Of a DNA stretch of 64,000 nt, positions 62,819-64,000 are shown one piece after another (the stretch's first letter is position 1; each line of letters opens with the position of its first letter). The position numbers were made by a program, and so were the translations under genes. Source of the stretch: Schizochytrium sp. TIO01 (lineage: Eukaryota > Protista > Bigyra: Labyrinthulomycetes); assembly GCA_004764695.1 (NCBI GenBank), contig SMSO01000007.1, forward strand, positions 1,991,270 to 2,055,269. Reading direction: 5' to 3'. The notes beneath the pieces are model-generated. The model was given only the letters and a program-made list of their open reading frames with translations, made no database searches and was not told the DNA's origin.

Positions 62819-64000
62819 GCCTCAGGAGGCACGGCGTTTGGGGATTGCTTTGGTAAGGGGTTCTGAGTGAGCCTGTTTCAAGCTCTTGCTCAACTCCTGA
62901 CCTTTTCTATGGGTAATAGGTTTAAAGTGAACAGGGCAAAACTTCTTTCTAATGAATGTCAAGCTCCTTTTCCGTCTCTGACAATGATCACAATTCCTTT
63001 TAAAATTGTGCTCCTCAGGTAGAGTGGGGAGGACGCCAATTTGGTTTAGAGAGGAATGATTGTTTCACTAAGGAGTGACTGATGTCTAGATATTGGCCCT
63101 CCCCGGCCACACCACCCAACAAATCAACTCCGCCGCGTCTTCGTTGTCAGGCACTCGGATAGATGCGACTTGCTCGTTCCTCGTAACTACTTCGTGGATA
63201 AACGTTTTCAAGATTTCGAACGTCTCCTCTCCAGCTTCGAACGTCTCCTCCGGACAGCTTAGTCTGCGTCAACCAGAGACCTGCCTCACTGGACAGACAC
63301 TTTAGAACTGTACTTTTCGCCCTACTGTTTGAGCCACGAGCCTGGAGCAGACTTGTGAACTCGAGCGCTCAGTAGGCGAGCAGGCAAGCGAGCAGACCAG
63401 CCTCAGTGCTAGTCCTCCCTCCGCTCTACTCCACTGCAGCGCCTCGCTGCAACGAGGCAACGTGTGATCCGTTCTGCACCTGAACGGCAATCAATCTCGT
63501 CGTGCGAGAAAGAAAGAAAGAATGAATGAATGAATCACTCAATCAGTATATGTATAAAAAATCTACAGAGGCTCTCTCAGTCTGTACAGTATCTATTATA
63601 TACGTCTTTAAGTGATGAAGCTAAATCTCCCCATAAGCACATACATACAATGGTTTCTCACAGTCTCTGAGGGCGTCAGAGATAAATGAGCGATCGAGAA
63701 ATCAATGAACACGCTTCAATGCGAACCGTTGAGGCAGCGGCGCCTGCCTGCTGCGATAGAGGTTTGTTTGTGCACCCCGGAGGAGCGAGGCCGCGCAGCA
63801 AAGCCAGGGAACCGGGAGGGCAGGCGCGCAAGCAGCAAGCTCGCCGCCTGTTTCCACTTTGCGTCTCCGCCTGAGGCGTCTGGTTCTCTGGGCGGCAGAC
63901 GTCTGGACTAGCCCCCTCACCAAACGCAGCCCCTCACTCCCCTGCCTTGCTTAAAAGAATCATAGGGCTCCTTGGGAGTTCTGCACTCCACCGAAAGAGG

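Overview
Eukaryotic nuclear DNA. Intronless CDSs, the protein content and dense tetranucleotide microsatellites suggest a flagellated heterotrophic stramenopile such as a thraustochytrid; this is inference, not demonstrated. The window has two very different halves. (1) Bases 1 to ~34.9 kb contain no recognisable gene. They are a mosaic of GC-rich islands, A/T tracts, compound period-4 microsatellites, a few short tandem duplications and one stop-poor reading frame (15.7-17.2 kb) that may be a decayed or orphan gene. This desert ends at a Q/N/S-rich orphan ORF (35029-36384). (2) From 35 to 64 kb lies a compact block of single-exon genes: a conserved coiled-coil protein, CCDC39/FAP59 (split by one missing base), a small orphan, an SLC25 adenine-nucleotide-type carrier with an N-terminal coiled coil, a lipid A Kdo transferase (WaaA/KdtA) head-to-head with DPH3, a coiled-coil plus tandem-GAF protein with no output domain, and a poly-Q C2H2 zinc-finger protein. 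I saw no tRNA, rRNA, CRISPR array or recognisable transposase. I cannot demonstrate a new biological system. The best leads are the eukaryotic Kdo transferase, the 35-kb microsatellite-structured desert, the CCDC39 frameshift and the unusual domain architectures.
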